This document shows, piece after piece, positions 63,571-64,000 of a stretch of 64,000 nt of DNA. The translations under genes were made by a program, and so were the position numbers. How positions within the stretch are numbered: the stretch's first letter is position 1; each line of letters begins with the position of its first letter. Below the pieces are notes generated by a model that saw only the letters and a program-made list of their open reading frames with translations, was not told the origin of the DNA and ran no database searches. Source of the DNA: Lama glama (Eukaryota); contig CM052817.1 in assembly GCA_028534125.1 (NCBI GenBank), positions 87,360,001 to 87,424,000 of the forward strand, in the 5' to 3' direction.

Positions 63571-64000
63571 CTCTGTTTATTTTAGTCTTTGAACAAGCCT
63601 GATTTCTAGCCTTCACATTATTAACCTACTTTATGTTGAATAAGCCTCTCCAGCTCTTCCTTTTCAGTTCAGAGATGATCTAAATACTTAGAGCCTGATG
63701 ATTCTAGACTGTATTTTATCAGTTCTAATATGTCACTGATTGTGAGATCAATTGTAGCTATAACTAAATGGAAGTAAGGTATATATCAAACTCATGCTAC
63801 ATCCCAATTCCAGCAATACTATGACTGGGGGAGGGGTTGTCTTACTTAGGATAAAGAAAAAGAAATACATGATTTGCCTTTTCAAGTTTTCAATTTCTGG
63901 CACTCAGTGTGGGCATTTTTACAATCAGCAAGCGAATGAAGAAGCATCAATGTAGAGCAACAGGTATACTTGTGAGGTACAAGTGTACCATCATTAAAAC

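Overview
AT-rich, CpG-depleted mammalian genomic DNA, intergenic or deep intronic. I found no credible protein-coding exon, RNA gene or CRISPR array. The listed ORFs are transposon remnants, microsatellite translations or noise. The young L1 3' UTRs, together with the absence of Alu, Bov-A/tA, BovB, PRE1 and Can-SINEs, suggest a cetartiodactyl, most likely a camelid (inference from recalled repeat sequences, not a search). The window is largely decayed eutherian repeats: L1 of several ages, L2, MIR, MaLR/ERVL/ERV1 LTRs, Tigger1/2 and MER3, plus a 100-N assembly gap. I see no new multi-gene system. Five observations stand out. (1) A 387-bp, strongly CpG-rich solo LTR sits inside Tigger1 and carries a 26-bp-period array of NRF1-like/CCAAT motifs. 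(2) An 82-bp TTAA-flanked piggyBac-type MITE sits inside an L1MC 3' UTR. (3) A class III ERV remnant has a tRNA-Ser primer-binding site and a dead protease. (4) A twin-primed L1 has an unusually large (~1.1 kb) gap between its two halves. (5) A ~950-bp unassigned insert interrupts an old L1. Repeat family names come from remembered consensus sequences, and boundaries of old repeats are approximate.
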